Source of the DNA: Terriglobia bacterium | Lineage (GTDB): Bacteria > Acidobacteriota > Terriglobia > JAJPHL01 > JAPKYU01 | Direction of reading: 5' to 3' | NCBI GenBank assembly: GCA_965223005.1 | Contig: CBDCVK010000003.1 | Location: forward strand, 64,001 to 128,000 | DNA: 64,000 nt | Part shown: piece after piece, positions 50,329-61,563 of the stretch | How the letters are laid out: each line of letters starts with the position of its first letter | Position numbering within the stretch: the stretch's first letter is position 1 | Translations under genes and position numbers: made by a program | The notes under the pieces: generated by a model | What the model was told of the DNA's origin: nothing | What the model saw: the letters and a program-made list of their open reading frames with translations, nothing else | Databases searched by the model: none

Positions 50329-50802
50329 ATGTGGAAAGGCACAGTCGTTTCTCTGCACATCACCCCTGGGGCCAGTGCGCCTATGAGATCGGTTCCCCAG
50401 GCGCGTGCCGTGCCCGGTCGTGGGCTGGAGGGCGATCGCTATTTTCACCAAGTGGGGACCTACTCCGACAAGCCTCGTCCAGATAGCGAGGTGACGCTAA
50501 TCGAGATCGAAGCCATGGAGGCTTTGAAACACGAATCAGGAGTGGAGCTGGATGCGGGCCAGGCCCGCCGCAACATCGTCACCCGCCACGTCCCTCTGAA
50601 TCACCTGGCGGGCCAGGAGTTTCAGGTCGGCGAAGTAACGCTGCGCGGCATTCGGCTGTGCGAACCCTGTTCCCATGTAGAAAAGCTCACCCGGCCCGGG
50701 GTCCTGCGGGGCCTGATCCACCGGGGCGGCTTGCGGGCGCAGATTCTCACCCAGGGTGAAATTCGGGTCGGCGACGCTGTGCAGGAGCGGTCCGCCGTGT
50801 AG
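50329..50802 (+). CDS. MOSC domain protein
   Basis: GLEGDRY, RRNIVT, LCEPC and RGGLRA motifs; AGGAG upstream. Confidence 0.9.
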   Translation: MWKGTVVSLHITPGASAPMRSVPQARAVPGRGLEGDRYFHQVGTYSDKPRPDSEVTLIEIEAMEALKHESGVELDAGQARRNIVTRHVPLNHLAGQEFQVGEVTLRGIRLCEPCSHVEKLTRPGVLRGLIHRGGLRAQILTQGEIRVGDAVQERSAV

Positions 50803-50883
50803 AGCGGCTCCGGCCGCTCGGACCGGTTTTGCACATTGACAATCGCACCATCCACCGCATAGATTCTCGAACGTTCAACCGGT

Positions 50884-52623
50884 ATGGAAAGTTCATCTCA
50901 CGACGTTCTGATTGTTGGGGGTGGAGGCGCGGGCCTGCGCGCGGCCATTGCCGTGGCGGAAGTCAATCCCCGACTCAGCATCGCGGTCGTCTCCAAGGTT
51001 TACCCCATGCGGAGCCACACCGTCTCCGCCGAGGGGGGCGCCGCAGCCGTCGTCAAGCCCAACGACAGCCTGGACGAGCACGCCTACGACACCATCTCCG
51101 GGGGCGACTGGCTGTGCGACCAGGATGCCGTGGAGGCCTTCATCAAGGAAGCTCCCGAAGAGCTGCTTCGGATGGAGCACTGGGGCTGTCCCTGGAGCCG
51201 GGACCCGGACGGGCATATTGCCGTGCGGGCGTTTGGCGGAATGAAAAAGATGCGCACCTGGTTTGCCGCCGACAAGACCGGCTTCCACATGTTGCACACT
51301 CTGTTTCAGACCTGCCTGAAATACAGCACCCTGATCCGCTACGACGAGTGGTTTGCCACCAAGCTGCTGGTCGACGACGGCCGAGTGCAGGGGGTGGTCG
51401 CACTGGAGCTGATGACGGGACAGGTGCAGGCCATCACCGCCAAGGCCGTGATCCTGTGCACGGGAGGTTGTGGCCGGGTCTATCCGTTCACCACCAATGG
51501 CAGCATTAAGAACGGCGACGGCATGGCGCTAGCCTACCGGGCAGGCGCTCCGCTGAAGGACATGGAATTCGTTCAGTACCATCCGACCGGCTTGCCCTTC
51601 ACGGGCATCCTGATTACCGAAGCCTCCCGCGCCGAGGGCGGCTACATGCTGAACAAGGATGGTTATCGCTACCTGCAGGACTACAACCTGGGAACGCCGC
51701 AGCCCAAGCCGGTGCTGCGCTCCATGGAACTGGGACCCCGCGACCGGCTGTCGCAGGCCTTCGTCAAAGAGCACCAGAAAGGCCGCACCATTGACACTCC
51801 CTACGGCCCGGTGGTCCACCTGGACCTGCGGCATCTTGGGGAAAAGCTCATCAACGCCAAGCTGCCGTTTGTGCGCGAGCTGTGCCAGAAATATCAGAAC
51901 ATTGACCCGGTCCGGGAGCTGATCCCGGTGCGCCCCGTGGTGCACTACATGATGGGCGGGGTGCACACCGACATGAACGGCGCGACGCCGCTGGCGGGAC
52001 TGTATGCCGCTGGCGAGGTCGCCTGTGTCAGCATCAACGGGGCCAACCGCCTGGGTTCCAATTCCCTGCCGGAACTGCTGGTCTTCGGGGCACGAGCAGG
52101 ACAGGCGGCGGCTGTGTTCGCCTCCGAGCAGAGCGGGCCCGGCGCGCACGTTCTGGCACAGGCGGCTGAGGAGCAGCGCCGACTGGAAGAGCAGTTTCTG
52201 CGCAAGACGGGAGGCCGGGAGCGCATCGCCACCATCCGGGAGGAGATGCAACAGACCACGGAGAGCAGCGCTGGCATCTATCGGACGGGGACGGAGCTGA
52301 GCGCGGCAGCGCAAACTCTGCGGACGTTGCAGGAGCGGTTTCTGGATATCCGCCTCGACGACCGCAGTCGCACGTTCAACACCGAACTGACGACTGCGCT
52401 CGAGCTTGGCTTCATGCTGGACGTCGCCGAAGCGATCGTCGAGAGCGCCCTGGACCGGAAGGAATCCCGCGGAGCGCATCAGCGAACCGACTTCCCGGCC
52501 CGGGATAACGAGAAGTACCTGGTGCACTCGCTGGTGTTTCGCAATGCGGACGGTTCAGCGCGCGTGGAGCATCTGCCGGTCACCATCACCCGCTGGGCGC
52601 CCGGCGAGCGCGTCTACGGATAG
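50884..52623 (+). CDS. frdA: Fumarate reductase flavoprotein subunit
   Basis: [46 protein letters not shown] and ESRGAHQR motifs. Confidence 0.95.
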   Translation: MESSSHDVLIVGGGGAGLRAAIAVAEVNPRLSIAVVSKVYPMRSHTVSAEGGAAAVVKPNDSLDEHAYDTISGGDWLCDQDAVEAFIKEAPEELLRMEHWGCPWSRDPDGHIAVRAFGGMKKMRTWFAADKTGFHMLHTLFQTCLKYSTLIRYDEWFATKLLVDDGRVQGVVALELMTGQVQAITAKAVILCTGGCGRVYPFTTNGSIKNGDGMALAYRAGAPLKDMEFVQYHPTGLPFTGILITEASRAEGGYMLNKDGYRYLQDYNLGTPQPKPVLRSMELGPRDRLSQAFVKEHQKGRTIDTPYGPVVHLDLRHLGEKLINAKLPFVRELCQKYQNIDPVRELIPVRPVVHYMMGGVHTDMNGATPLAGLYAAGEVACVSINGANRLGSNSLPELLVFGARAGQAAAVFASEQSGPGAHVLAQAAEEQRRLEEQFLRKTGGRERIATIREEMQQTTESSAGIYRTGTELSAAAQTLRTLQERFLDIRLDDRSRTFNTELTTALELGFMLDVAEAIVESALDRKESRGAHQRTDFPARDNEKYLVHSLVFRNADGSARVEHLPVTITRWAPGERVYG

Positions 52624-52722
52624 ACGAGGTCTCGATTGACCCAATGGGGGGAGGCCGGTCGGGGCGGACAATGGGAATGACCGGAGTCACCTTGACATCT
52701 GAGGTTTGACATCTGCGGCACC

Positions 52723-54471
52723 ATGACACGGAGGAGACTCAGGCGGCTTTTGGTCTGCGGATTGACGGTCGCTCTCGGCCTGCTTAGCCTGCTTCATCTG
52801 GGCTGCGACGCCAGGAAACCCGCGGAGCGCAGCCGTGCCTCACCGGTGGCGCCGGAAATCAGACCTGCCCTGGGAACGATCACCAGCGGCGATCTGCTCC
52901 GGCACATCCGTGTGATGGCTTCGGACGAATACGAAGGGCGCGCGCCTGGCAGCAAAGGGGAAGAGCTGACGGTGAACTATCTCTCCCACCAGTTCCGCCA
53001 GCTCGGCCTCCAACCGGGCAACCCCGATGGCACCTTCGAGCAGCGGGTGCCGCTGGCCGGCCTCACTTGCAGATCCACGGCATCGTTGACCGTCGGCGGT
53101 AGGAAGCTGAATCTGCGCTTTCCGGATGATTATGTCGCGGTCACCCGCCGGTTCGTGCCGCAGGTGAAGGTTGAGGACTCCGAGATCGTCTTTGTCGGCT
53201 ATGGAGTGGTGGCGCCGGAGTATGATTGGGACGACTACAAAGGCGTGGACGTCAAGGGTAAAACACTTCTGATACTGATCAACGATCCCGCGGTTCCGGA
53301 CCCGCGCGACCCTGGCCGGCTCGACGACAACATCTTCAAAGGCCGGGCGATGACCTACTATGGGCGCTGGACCTATAAGTACGAGATTGCCTCTAAGAAA
53401 GGCGCGGCCGCCGCCATCATCATCCACGAGACCGGTCCGGCCGGCTATCCCTACGAGGTGGTCTCCAGCAGCTGGGGGGGCGAAAACTTCGATATCAAAA
53501 CTCCGGGCAAGAACTTGGACTGGGTCGCCGTAGAGGCCTGGATCCACCTGCGCCAGGCCAAGCGACTGCTTGCCGCCAGCGGTCAGGACTTTGATGCACT
53601 AAAGAAGGCCGCGGTGCGCCGGGACTTTCAGCCAGTGCCGCTCAAGGCCCGCGCCAGCTTTCACGTCCGGAACCGGCTTCGCGAGATTGAGTCTCGAAAC
53701 GTCATCGCCAAGCTGGAAGGATCCGACCCGCAACTCAAGGACGAGTACGTGATCTACACCGCGCACTGGGACCATCTGGGGCGGGATGAGAAACGGCAAG
53801 GCGACCAGATTTTCAACGGCGCGCTGGATAACGCCTCCGGTACTGCAGGGCTGCTCGAGATCGCTGAGGCGTTCACGAAGCTGGAGACACCGCCGAAGCG
53901 CTCCATCTTGTTTCTTGCGGTGACTGCGGAAGAGCAGGGCCTGTTGGGCACCAAGTTCTACGCGCATAACCCGCTCTACCCGCTCCATCGGACACTTGCC
54001 AACATCAATATGGACGGCGTGAACCAGTGGGGACGAACCCGGGACATCGTCAGCATCGGCTATGGCAACACCACACTGGACGACCTGCTGCGAGATGCCG
54101 CCGCGACGCAGGGGCGCTCGGTCAAGCCAGACGCGGAGCCGGAGAAGGGGTACTTCTATCGCTCGGATCACTTCGAGTTCGCCAAGCAGGGCGTGCCGGC
54201 CCTGAGTCCGGACTCTGGCACCGAATTCATCGGCAAGCCGGAGGGGTACGGAGCACAAAAACGGAAGGAATACACCAAGCGCGACTATCACAAGGTTTCT
54301 GATGAAGTGAAGCCGGATTGGGACCTGTCAGGCGCCGTCGAAGACCTCCAACTCTTTTTCCAAGTCGGCTACAGCCTGGCACAGGAAAACAAGTACCCGG
54401 AATGGAAGCCAGGAACGGAGTTCAAAGCCCGGCGCGAGCAGATGCTCCGGCAGGCCCCAGATGAAAATTAA
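52723..54471 (+). CDS. M28 family metallopeptidase with PA domain (probable lipoprotein)
   Basis: LHLG-C lipobox, [35 protein letters not shown] and RSDH motifs. Confidence 0.93.
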   Translation: MTRRRLRRLLVCGLTVALGLLSLLHLGCDARKPAERSRASPVAPEIRPALGTITSGDLLRHIRVMASDEYEGRAPGSKGEELTVNYLSHQFRQLGLQPGNPDGTFEQRVPLAGLTCRSTASLTVGGRKLNLRFPDDYVAVTRRFVPQVKVEDSEIVFVGYGVVAPEYDWDDYKGVDVKGKTLLILINDPAVPDPRDPGRLDDNIFKGRAMTYYGRWTYKYEIASKKGAAAAIIIHETGPAGYPYEVVSSSWGGENFDIKTPGKNLDWVAVEAWIHLRQAKRLLAASGQDFDALKKAAVRRDFQPVPLKARASFHVRNRLREIESRNVIAKLEGSDPQLKDEYVIYTAHWDHLGRDEKRQGDQIFNGALDNASGTAGLLEIAEAFTKLETPPKRSILFLAVTAEEQGLLGTKFYAHNPLYPLHRTLANINMDGVNQWGRTRDIVSIGYGNTTLDDLLRDAAATQGRSVKPDAEPEKGYFYRSDHFEFAKQGVPALSPDSGTEFIGKPEGYGAQKRKEYTKRDYHKVSDEVKPDWDLSGAVEDLQLFFQVGYSLAQENKYPEWKPGTEFKARREQMLRQAPDEN

Positions 54472-54478
54472 CGGTAAA

Positions 54479-54524
54479 AACGAACGCTAAGAACGAACGC
54501 TAAAACCAACGCTAAAACCAACGC
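54479..54524. repeat. Tandem ~12-bp repeat, four copies (AAC[G/C]AACGCTAA)
   Basis: aacgaacgctaag aacgaacgctaa aaccaacgctaa aaccaacgc. Confidence 0.85.
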
Positions 54525-54541
54525 CAGGAAGGCGAATAACC

Positions 54542-55336
54542 ATGGCGGAGATGATTAACCTGGAGGTGACCCGGTATTCTCCCGAACGGGATCGGGAACC
54601 TTCTTTTCAAAGCTACACAGTGCCCCTGAACGAGGATTGGGTGGTCCTAGATGCCCTGAACTACATCAAGGACCGTCTGGACGGCTCACTCACCTTCCGC
54701 TGGTCCTGCCACATGGGGATTTGCGGCAGTTGCGGGATGATGGTGAACGGAGAGCCGAAGCTGTCTTGCGCTACCTTCCTGACGCAGTACACGCCCGGGC
54801 CGATACGGGTGGAGCCGCTTCGCTATTTTCCGGTTGCGCGGGATTTGGTCAGTGAAATGTCGGAGTTCATGACCAAGCTGAAGAAGGTCAAACCATGGAT
54901 CGTCCGCGAACAGGAGAAGCCCCTTTCGGAAGGAGAATACCTGCAGACCCCGGCCGAGCTGGAAACCTACAAGCAGTTCAGCATGTGCATCAATTGCATG
55001 CTCTGCTACGCCGCCTGCCCGGTCTACGGGCTGGACCCCATCTTTGTTGGGCCGGCGGCTCTTGCTCTGGCGCAGCGCTATAACCTGGACAACCGGGACC
55101 AGGGCACAGCCGAGCGCCTCCAGATTCTTTCCGACCATGATGGCATCTGGGCCTGCACGTTTGTTGGCGAGTGCACCAAGGTGTGTCCGAAGAATGTGGA
55201 CCCGGCCGGAGCGATTCAGCAATACAAATTGGCGGTAGCCAAGGACTGGTTTGCGTCCTTTCTGATGCCTCGGGGCGCGAAAACCGGGGCCGCGGGAGCA
55301 GGGGACACAGGAACCAGGGACACACGAGAACGATGA
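54542..55336 (+). CDS. frdB: Fumarate reductase iron-sulfur subunit
   Basis: [25 protein letters not shown] and [13 protein letters not shown] motifs. Confidence 0.95.
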   Translation: MAEMINLEVTRYSPERDREPSFQSYTVPLNEDWVVLDALNYIKDRLDGSLTFRWSCHMGICGSCGMMVNGEPKLSCATFLTQYTPGPIRVEPLRYFPVARDLVSEMSEFMTKLKKVKPWIVREQEKPLSEGEYLQTPAELETYKQFSMCINCMLCYAACPVYGLDPIFVGPAALALAQRYNLDNRDQGTAERLQILSDHDGIWACTFVGECTKVCPKNVDPAGAIQQYKLAVAKDWFASFLMPRGAKTGAAGAGDTGTRDTRER

Positions 55337-55794
55337 GCGAAGCCCACCAACCCGTAGCCTCAGGCAAGCAACACGGTGAAGCTCCTGGTGTTCCGTACTC
55401 GGAATACCAGCCCCGCTGGTATCGAAAGCGCCTCTCCACGTTTTGGTGGCTAGGGCAATGGTCTTTCTTAACATTCATGCTCCGCGAAATCAGCAGCGTC
55501 TTTGTTGCGTTTTTCGTCGTCATGACCCTGCTACAAATCCGTGCCTTGAGCCAGGGGCGGGAAGCTTACGCAAACTTCCAGGTCTGCTTGCAGTCGCCCG
55601 TGCTGCTGGCACTACATGTGCTCAGCTTCTTCTTCGTGCTGTTTCACACCATTACCTGGTTCAACCTGACGCCCCGGGCGATGGTGGTGCGCGTTCGCGG
55701 CAAGCGGATTCCCGATTTCCTGGTAACCGCACCGAACTACGTGGCCTGGCTGCTCGTCTCAGGCATTCTGGCCTGGTTGCTTCTGCGAGGGTAA
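55333..55794 (+). CDS. frdC: Fumarate reductase membrane anchor subunit C
   Basis: WW...[15 protein letters not shown]; three TM segments. Confidence 0.88.
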   Translation: MSEAHQPVASGKQHGEAPGVPYSEYQPRWYRKRLSTFWWLGQWSFLTFMLREISSVFVAFFVVMTLLQIRALSQGREAYANFQVCLQSPVLLALHVLSFFFVLFHTITWFNLTPRAMVVRVRGKRIPDFLVTAPNYVAWLLVSGILAWLLLRG

Positions 55795-56148
55795 ATGCCG
55801 AAAAGACCGCTGGAACCGTTTCTCTGGACCCTGTTCAGCGCTGGTGGCGTGGTAGCTGCATTTTTGATTCCGGTCCACCTGCTCCTCTCTGGCATTGCGT
55901 TTCCGCTGGGTTGGCTGGAGACACCGAGCTACGAAAGAGCGCTGGCTTTGGCCGGACATCCCTTGGGGCGAATCTATTTATTCGTTCTCTGCTCGTTGCC
56001 GCTTTTCCACTGGGCACATCGGTTCCGCTACACCCTCTACGACGGATTGCAGATCAAACACCTGAGCGGAATGATCAACCCCCTCTCCTATGGCGCCGCA
56101 ATTATTGGAACAGTTCTTGCGGGCTATTTCCTGTGGAGTATTCCTTAG
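55795..56148 (+). CDS. frdD: Fumarate reductase membrane anchor subunit D
   Basis: EPFLWTLFSAGG and LPLFHWAHR motifs. Confidence 0.88.
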   Translation: MPKRPLEPFLWTLFSAGGVVAAFLIPVHLLLSGIAFPLGWLETPSYERALALAGHPLGRIYLFVLCSLPLFHWAHRFRYTLYDGLQIKHLSGMINPLSYGAAIIGTVLAGYFLWSIP

Positions 56149-56219
56149 CCTGTGGGAGTGTTCCTTAGAAGAAAAGAAAAAACAGACGCAAGAAGTCATA
56201 GCGTCTGGCGGTCACCTAG

Positions 56220-56630
56220 TCAGGATCTGTTACCCCTATCCAACGCCGTTTGCGGACGCTTCAGCAGGTGCAGCAATTCGTCGAGTTCCTGCCGGATTTG
56301 CCGCAGCTTTTGTTGATCCGGTTTTGGTCGCGCTAGGTCAGGGCCCGGAAAGGCAATCTTCTGCTGCTTGGTTTCCGTACGCAGCTTTTTGCGGGCGCCC
56401 TCGATGGTAAAGCCTTCCTGGTAGAGGAGCTTTTTGATTTCCAATACCAGTTCCACGTCCTTGCGCCGGTACATGCGATGTCCGGTGGAACTCTTCACCG
56501 GCTTCAGCATCGGGAACTCCTTTTCCCAAAACCGAAGGACGTAGGCGTGCGTGCGGGTCAGCTTGCAAACTTCTCCAATGCGGAAGTAAAGCTTGTCGGG
56601 AATTGCGACCGCGTGCCGTCGCTCCGCCAT
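56220..56630 (-). CDS. MerR family transcriptional regulator
   Basis: [22 protein letters not shown] and GFTIEGARK motifs. Confidence 0.92.
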   Translation of the reverse strand: MAERRHAVAIPDKLYFRIGEVCKLTRTHAYVLRFWEKEFPMLKPVKSSTGHRMYRRKDVELVLEIKKLLYQEGFTIEGARKKLRTETKQQKIAFPGPDLARPKPDQQKLRQIRQELDELLHLLKRPQTALDRGNRS

Positions 56631-56757
56631 GGGCTGCCGCTATGTTACGTGCCCCACCGGCGGCGCGTCAATGCGGCGTTCCGCGCCTGGCGCTTGATGT
56701 GGGGGGCGTTGGACATCCCGCTTTAAGAGCAGAATCCTGATAGCTGCACGGGGGGCG

Positions 56758-57006
56758 CTACCCTTCCGCCCGGAAGCGGTCGCGGCATTCGGCAGAGCAG
56801 AAGTAGTATTGCTGACCGCGGGCTGGCGCTTTCAGCGCCAACTCCTCGGCTACGTAGATGCCACACTGCGGGTCCTTGTGGACCTGCCCGGTGATCGGCG
56901 GGGGCGAACTGGAGGAGGAAGAGGACAGGCGCAGGAAGCCCACCAACTTCCTGTAGAGATAGAAGAGGAAGAGCAGTACAAGGCCAAAGAAGACAACCCG
57001 AAGCAT
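56758..57006 (-). CDS. Small membrane protein with YHS/TRASH domain
   Basis: N-terminal TM, then KDPQCGIYV...YYFCSAEC. Confidence 0.75.
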   Translation of the reverse strand: MLRVVFFGLVLLFLFYLYRKLVGFLRLSSSSSSSPPPITGQVHKDPQCGIYVAEELALKAPARGQQYYFCSAECRDRFRAEG

Positions 57007-57093
57007 AAAACCAACATGCCAAGCGCCAGACCTTCCCTTTCGGTCCCGGTCGGGCGTCCGGCTGCCCCTCGAAACGGGGAATCCCGAACCGGC

Positions 57094-58221
57094 CTACCGC
57101 CGCCGGCGTCTCTTTTTCTTCTCCTTCTTGAACGAGGTCTCAACCTTGACGTCAAACGATTCAATCAGAGACTTGGCGCCTGCGGCGTACGCTCCGTTCG
57201 GCTCTAATTCGATATACTTCTGCAGGGCTTCCACCGTGCCGGGGACCGGGGTGATCTTGCCGCTTTTCTCATCCAGCGTGGCTTCAGCGCTCAACGACAC
57301 GCCAAGCTGATACCAGGCCATCGAGTATTCGGGGTCGAGCTCGGTGGCCTTGCGGAAGGCCAAGGTAGCCCCCTTGATCTGGGCATTGTTGGCCAGCACG
57401 GCGCCCAGGTTGAAGAAGTAACGGCCGCCATTAGAGGGGTCAAGCTCAGCGGATTTGCTCAGTTCCGCCTCGGCCCGCTCCAAGTCACCCGAAAAAGCCA
57501 GGGCCAATCCAAAGTTGTTGTGATAGCCAGCCTCCTCCGGCTTCAAAGCAACAGCCTTCCCGTAAGCCTCGACGGACTTTTGAAAAAGGTCCCGGGATTC
57601 CGTGCCGCGCCTGGCTTTGCCCGCTTCCAAGTAGGCTTCCCCCAGATGCGCAAGCACGGGGGGTTGCCGGGGGCCCAACTGTGCCGCTTCTTCCAACTGG
57701 GCGATGGCCAAGTCGTAATTTCGGACCTGCAGTGCTGCCACTCCATCGCCGAAGGCCTTATTGAGCTGCCCCATCTTGCCTCGCTCAACAGTATCCTTGT
57801 CGAGTTGCTTCTCGAGATCCTTACGCTGTTTCGCGGTGAGGGGCGTACTTCCGCCCGCCCGGCCGCCTGCCCGCTTGCGGGACGCCTGCAAATCGAAATT
57901 AACCTCCGTCGAGGAGCCCGGCCCTCCCAGCTTTATGCCTGGCCGCGTGCTCCGTTTCCGCCCATTGACGAAGAGGGTCACGTTATGGCGGTTAAAGGAT
58001 ACGAGCGCGGCATGGGCAAAACGGCCATTCTTGTTGGTCTTAACCTTGGCAGTCCCTTTCCTGTCGATGTTCTCGATGACGATCTGGGCGCCGGCGATGG
58101 GCTGGCCATCACTCCCCTTCACTACGCCGGTCATCGCGGCGAACTGGGCGTGTGCGGGAACACAAAAACTGACCGCCCAGGCCAGCACAGCCAATAAAAT
58201 CAGAAGATCACGCTTCTGCAT
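57094..58221 (-). CDS. TPR protein with carboxypeptidase-regulatory-like N-terminal domain
   Basis: Signal peptide, GVVKGSDGQPIAGA, TPR repeats. Confidence 0.85.
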   Translation of the reverse strand: MQKRDLLILLAVLAWAVSFCVPAHAQFAAMTGVVKGSDGQPIAGAQIVIENIDRKGTAKVKTNKNGRFAHAALVSFNRHNVTLFVNGRKRSTRPGIKLGGPGSSTEVNFDLQASRKRAGGRAGGSTPLTAKQRKDLEKQLDKDTVERGKMGQLNKAFGDGVAALQVRNYDLAIAQLEEAAQLGPRQPPVLAHLGEAYLEAGKARRGTESRDLFQKSVEAYGKAVALKPEEAGYHNNFGLALAFSGDLERAEAELSKSAELDPSNGGRYFFNLGAVLANNAQIKGATLAFRKATELDPEYSMAWYQLGVSLSAEATLDEKSGKITPVPGTVEALQKYIELEPNGAYAAGAKSLIESFDVKVETSFKKEKKKRRRRR

Positions 58222-58294
58222 AATTCCTCCGTTGCTGCTCCTTCGTTGCTGCTCCCTGCGGCTAGCGAACCGCCGCGGTACTGCGGCACAGGCT

Positions 58295-59020
58295 TTAGTG
58301 AGACACGTGCGGGGTGGTTGAGTAAGAAGGCTTCCGCTCGTACGGGATCGGGTCTTCCACTCCGGCCTGTTCGAAAGCTCTCAGGCGCAACGCGCAGCTA
58401 TCGCACACACCGCAAGCTCTGTCGCTACCTTGGTAACAAGACCAGCTTAGATGAAGAGGCGCACCTGTTTCAATCCCCTTCTTCACAATCTCGTGTTTGT
58501 GCAGGCGGACGAGTGGAGCGACGATTTCCAGCCGTGTTTCCGGCCGCGTGCCAAGCTCCGCCACCTGCTGAAAGGCGCGGTAATACTCCGGGCGGCAGTC
58601 GGGATACCCAGAACTGTCGGCGGCGACTGCCCCGACATAGATGCGCGTTGCCTCGAGAACTTCGGCCCAGGAGACTGCCACCGCCAGGAAATGCGCGTTG
58701 CGGAAGGGAACATAGCTGGTGGGAATTTCAGCCGAGTCGAGATTGGCCGGGCTGACCGGGATGCCAGTCTCGGTCAGGCTGGAGCCGCCGATCCGCGCCA
58801 AGTAGCGCTGCTCGATGACTAGGCGGGGGACCTCCTCATGCTCCAATGAAGAATAAAAATCTGCCATCTGTTCAAACGTGAGACGTTCGCGGGCCTCAGT
58901 CCGTTGCCCGTAACTGCTGTGCAGCAGCGCCAGGCGGTAGCCCTCGGCCCGTGCGACGGCGGCCGTCACGCAGCTATCCATCCCGCCGCTGAGTAAGACG
59001 ACCGCTTTCGGTCTGGCCAT
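58295..59020 (-). CDS. queC: 7-cyano-7-deazaguanine synthase
   Basis: LSGGMDS, YGQR, YVPFRN, GYPDCR and WSCY...CGVCDSC motifs. Confidence 0.97.
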   Translation of the reverse strand: MARPKAVVLLSGGMDSCVTAAVARAEGYRLALLHSSYGQRTEARERLTFEQMADFYSSLEHEEVPRLVIEQRYLARIGGSSLTETGIPVSPANLDSAEIPTSYVPFRNAHFLAVAVSWAEVLEATRIYVGAVAADSSGYPDCRPEYYRAFQQVAELGTRPETRLEIVAPLVRLHKHEIVKKGIETGAPLHLSWSCYQGSDRACGVCDSCALRLRAFEQAGVEDPIPYERKPSYSTTPHVSH

Positions 59021-59138
59021 GGTTTAAGCTCCTCCGCGAGACTTCCCCGCATCCGCTTTCCTGGCCATTGCTGGCCCGGCCGGCACTGCTATCCAGCGCG
59101 ATGCTATGCCGCATGGTTCATTCAGCACGTCGCGCTCG

Positions 59139-59780
59139 TTAAACTCCCCGCATCGCCGGGTCCCAGATAAACTTGTGCAACTGGAGTCCGAGGCGAACGT
59201 CCAGGCCGTCGGCCAGGATCCATTCGGCGAGCTGGCGTGGCTCCAGTTGCCCGAAGACCGGCGAGAAGATCACGGCCCGCACCTTGCCGGGCAACGCGTG
59301 ACGCTGGAGGAACTGGCAGGCGAACTCGTAATCAGGGCGGTCCGCCAGCACGAATTTCACTTCGTCACTTGGTGACAGTACTTGCAGATTCTCGAAGCAG
59401 AATTTTTCCGCCTCGCCCGAGCCGGGGCACTTGACGTCCATCACCTTGACGACCTCGGGCGGGACCCGGCCCAGGAAGCGTTCCCCGCTGGTTTCCAGCA
59501 GCACCCGGTAGCCCTGCTCCAGCAGGCGCGCCATCAGGCGCAGCACTTCTCCCTCCTGAAGCATGGGCTCGCCGCCGGTGATTTCCACCAGTCGCGCCGG
59601 ATAGGTGCTCACCCGACGGAGCACCTCGTCCAGCTCCATGGGCTGGCCGTCGTAAAAAGCGTACTCGGTGTCGCACCAGGAGCAGCGCAGGTTGCACGCG
59701 GTGAGCCGCACGAACACGCATGGCTTGCCGGCAAAGGTGGATTCTCCCTGGATGGAGAAGAAAATCTCGGCAACCTGCAT
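59139..59780 (-). CDS. queE: 7-carboxy-7-deazaguanine synthase (radical SAM)
   Basis: EIFFSIQGE, CNLRCSWCDT, TGGEP and LQLHK motifs; adjacent to queC. Confidence 0.93.
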   Translation of the reverse strand: MQVAEIFFSIQGESTFAGKPCVFVRLTACNLRCSWCDTEYAFYDGQPMELDEVLRRVSTYPARLVEITGGEPMLQEGEVLRLMARLLEQGYRVLLETSGERFLGRVPPEVVKVMDVKCPGSGEAEKFCFENLQVLSPSDEVKFVLADRPDYEFACQFLQRHALPGKVRAVIFSPVFGQLEPRQLAEWILADGLDVRLGLQLHKFIWDPAMRGV

Positions 59781-60009
59781 CCCAAGCTGATTATAGCCCA
59801 GCGCCGCAGTTGCGGATAATGGGTCAGTTTCCGATAAACCGACTATTCGGGAGTTGGCAGCCGGACCGGAAAGAACAGGAACGTTAGGCAACGTTTATCC
59901 GGTATTTCCGGCAACAGGTGGTATTCGTTAGCACCCAAGGAGGGGAAACAGTTCGGCGAAGCCCTGTGTCCTCGACTCACGTGACTGGCTTTGGCGTCCG
60001 GGATAGACT

Positions 60010-61563
60010 TCAACCTGCTTGCGTATTGGCACTCGAGGTCCAGACAGTCAGGTTCCGCAAACTCTTCCCGCCCTGTGGGCGTAAGAGGAAGCTTAGGGAG
60101 TATGCCAAGGCAAAGAGGAAAAGGTTCGACAAAACAATAATCCAAAACTTATTGGGCAAGACCTGCTTCAGTCCTGGGAGCAGGCTGGCACCAACTTCCG
60201 AGTCCGCAAACAGCCAAAGGCAGACTGCGGAGACGGTACAAAGGGTGGCGATGAGCGCTGCACGGCTATCGACGCGCACCGTGAGAAAGCCCAAAAGGAA
60301 GATGCTTAAAAGCCCTCCGCTCACGATCGAAAACACCAGGGTCTGAAGGTCCATGAGCGTTTGTGTTCTGGTGAAGTGAATGAACAAGGCCACCGAAATC
60401 ATGATAACCGCAAAACCGACCGAAACCCACCGACCGAATTTGAGGTAGTGCTGCTCATCCTTGATCGACTTTTTGAATCGACGGTAGAAATCATTGGTCA
60501 TTGTTGCCGCTGATGCGTTGATACCGGAGTCTAAGGTGGACATGGCAGCTGCCAGGAGTCCAGACAACACAAAGCCTGCAGCTCCAGCCGGTATTTGAGT
60601 TAGGACGAAGAATGGGAAAGCCTGTTCCGAGACAAGATTATCCAATGCGGGGGTAGGGAAGTGCTTGTAGTAAACGTAAAGAACCGTTCCGATAAAGGCA
60701 AAATAAAGCCAGACCGGGATGATCATCACGGTCGAGAGAATCAGACCATGCTTGGCGTCTCGGTCTGTCTTCATGGCAATGTAGCGTTGGACGGCGTTCT
60801 GGTCGGTGCAGAGAAACTGGAAGAAGACGAATTGGTACACCAGGATGAGCACCCAAACCGTTTGATCATTCCAAACCATCGCCGTGCTGCCGACGGCGAA
60901 TTTCCCGTCCGCAACGGCTTCGGAGAGTACTTGGCTTAATCCCCCTGGCACGAGTCGGATGGCTACTGGGATACAGATCAAGCCACCCAGAATTAGGGCC
61001 GAACTTTGCAGCAGGTCTGTATAGATCACAGCCTCCAGTCCACCGGCGATGGTGTAGGAGGCGACCAAAATGCCTAGGACTATAATGACCCAGTGCAGAG
61101 GAACCCCAGTCATGGGGCCAAAGGGAAGACTGACGGCATACAAAATGACTCCGGTGCGAAACATTTGAAAGACCAGGAAGCCACCGGCCGCATAGAGCCT
61201 GGCCCAGGTGCCAAAACGCCGTTCAAGGTATTCATAGGCAGAGCGTACATGGCCCCGGCGAAAATAAGGCACGAACAGGAAATAGGCAATGATGGCCGGG
61301 ACGAAGTAGAAGAAGTGAGCGGGCATGTAGCGCCAGTCTTTTTCAAAGGTGAAGCCTGGAATCGCCAAAAAGGTCATCGAGCTGATAATGGTGGCCATCA
61401 GTGAGAATCCGACAATCCAACCGGGCATGCTGCGATTTGCGAAGAAGTAGGCATCGGCTGAATTCGTCCGTCGGGCCGAATAGACGCCGATGGCGACCAT
61501 CACGCTTAGATTTATCGCGATGGCCAGAAGATCTGGCCATCTCAGCAAGTGTTCCGAGACCAT
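60010..61563 (-). CDS. Sodium:solute symporter family protein
   Basis: YFFANRSMP, SAYEYLERRFG, GGLEAVIYTD, DQNAVQRY and AAAMSTLDSG motifs. Confidence 0.93.
   Translation of the reverse strand: MVSEHLLRWPDLLAIAINLSVMVAIGVYSARRTNSADAYFFANRSMPGWIVGFSLMATIISSMTFLAIPGFTFEKDWRYMPAHFFYFVPAIIAYFLFVPYFRRGHVRSAYEYLERRFGTWARLYAAGGFLVFQMFRTGVILYAVSLPFGPMTGVPLHWVIIVLGILVASYTIAGGLEAVIYTDLLQSSALILGGLICIPVAIRLVPGGLSQVLSEAVADGKFAVGSTAMVWNDQTVWVLILVYQFVFFQFLCTDQNAVQRYIAMKTDRDAKHGLILSTVMIIPVWLYFAFIGTVLYVYYKHFPTPALDNLVSEQAFPFFVLTQIPAGAAGFVLSGLLAAAMSTLDSGINASAATMTNDFYRRFKKSIKDEQHYLKFGRWVSVGFAVIMISVALFIHFTRTQTLMDLQTLVFSIVSGGLLSIFLLGFLTVRVDSRAALIATLCTVSAVCLWLFADSEVGASLLPGLKQVLPNKFWIIVLSNLFLFALAYSLSFLLRPQGGKSLRNLTVWTSSANTQAG

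Noticed and set aside
54479-54524. Possible CRISPR-like repeats here and at 8711-8752 and 11073-11128
   Set aside because: Units are 7-21 bp, directly tandem, without unique spacers; no cas genes
58295-59780. queC/queE as a 7-deazaguanine DNA-modification (dpd) defence island
   Set aside because: No dpdA/tgt-like or other dpd genes nearby; the context is housekeeping, so queuosine synthesis is more likely
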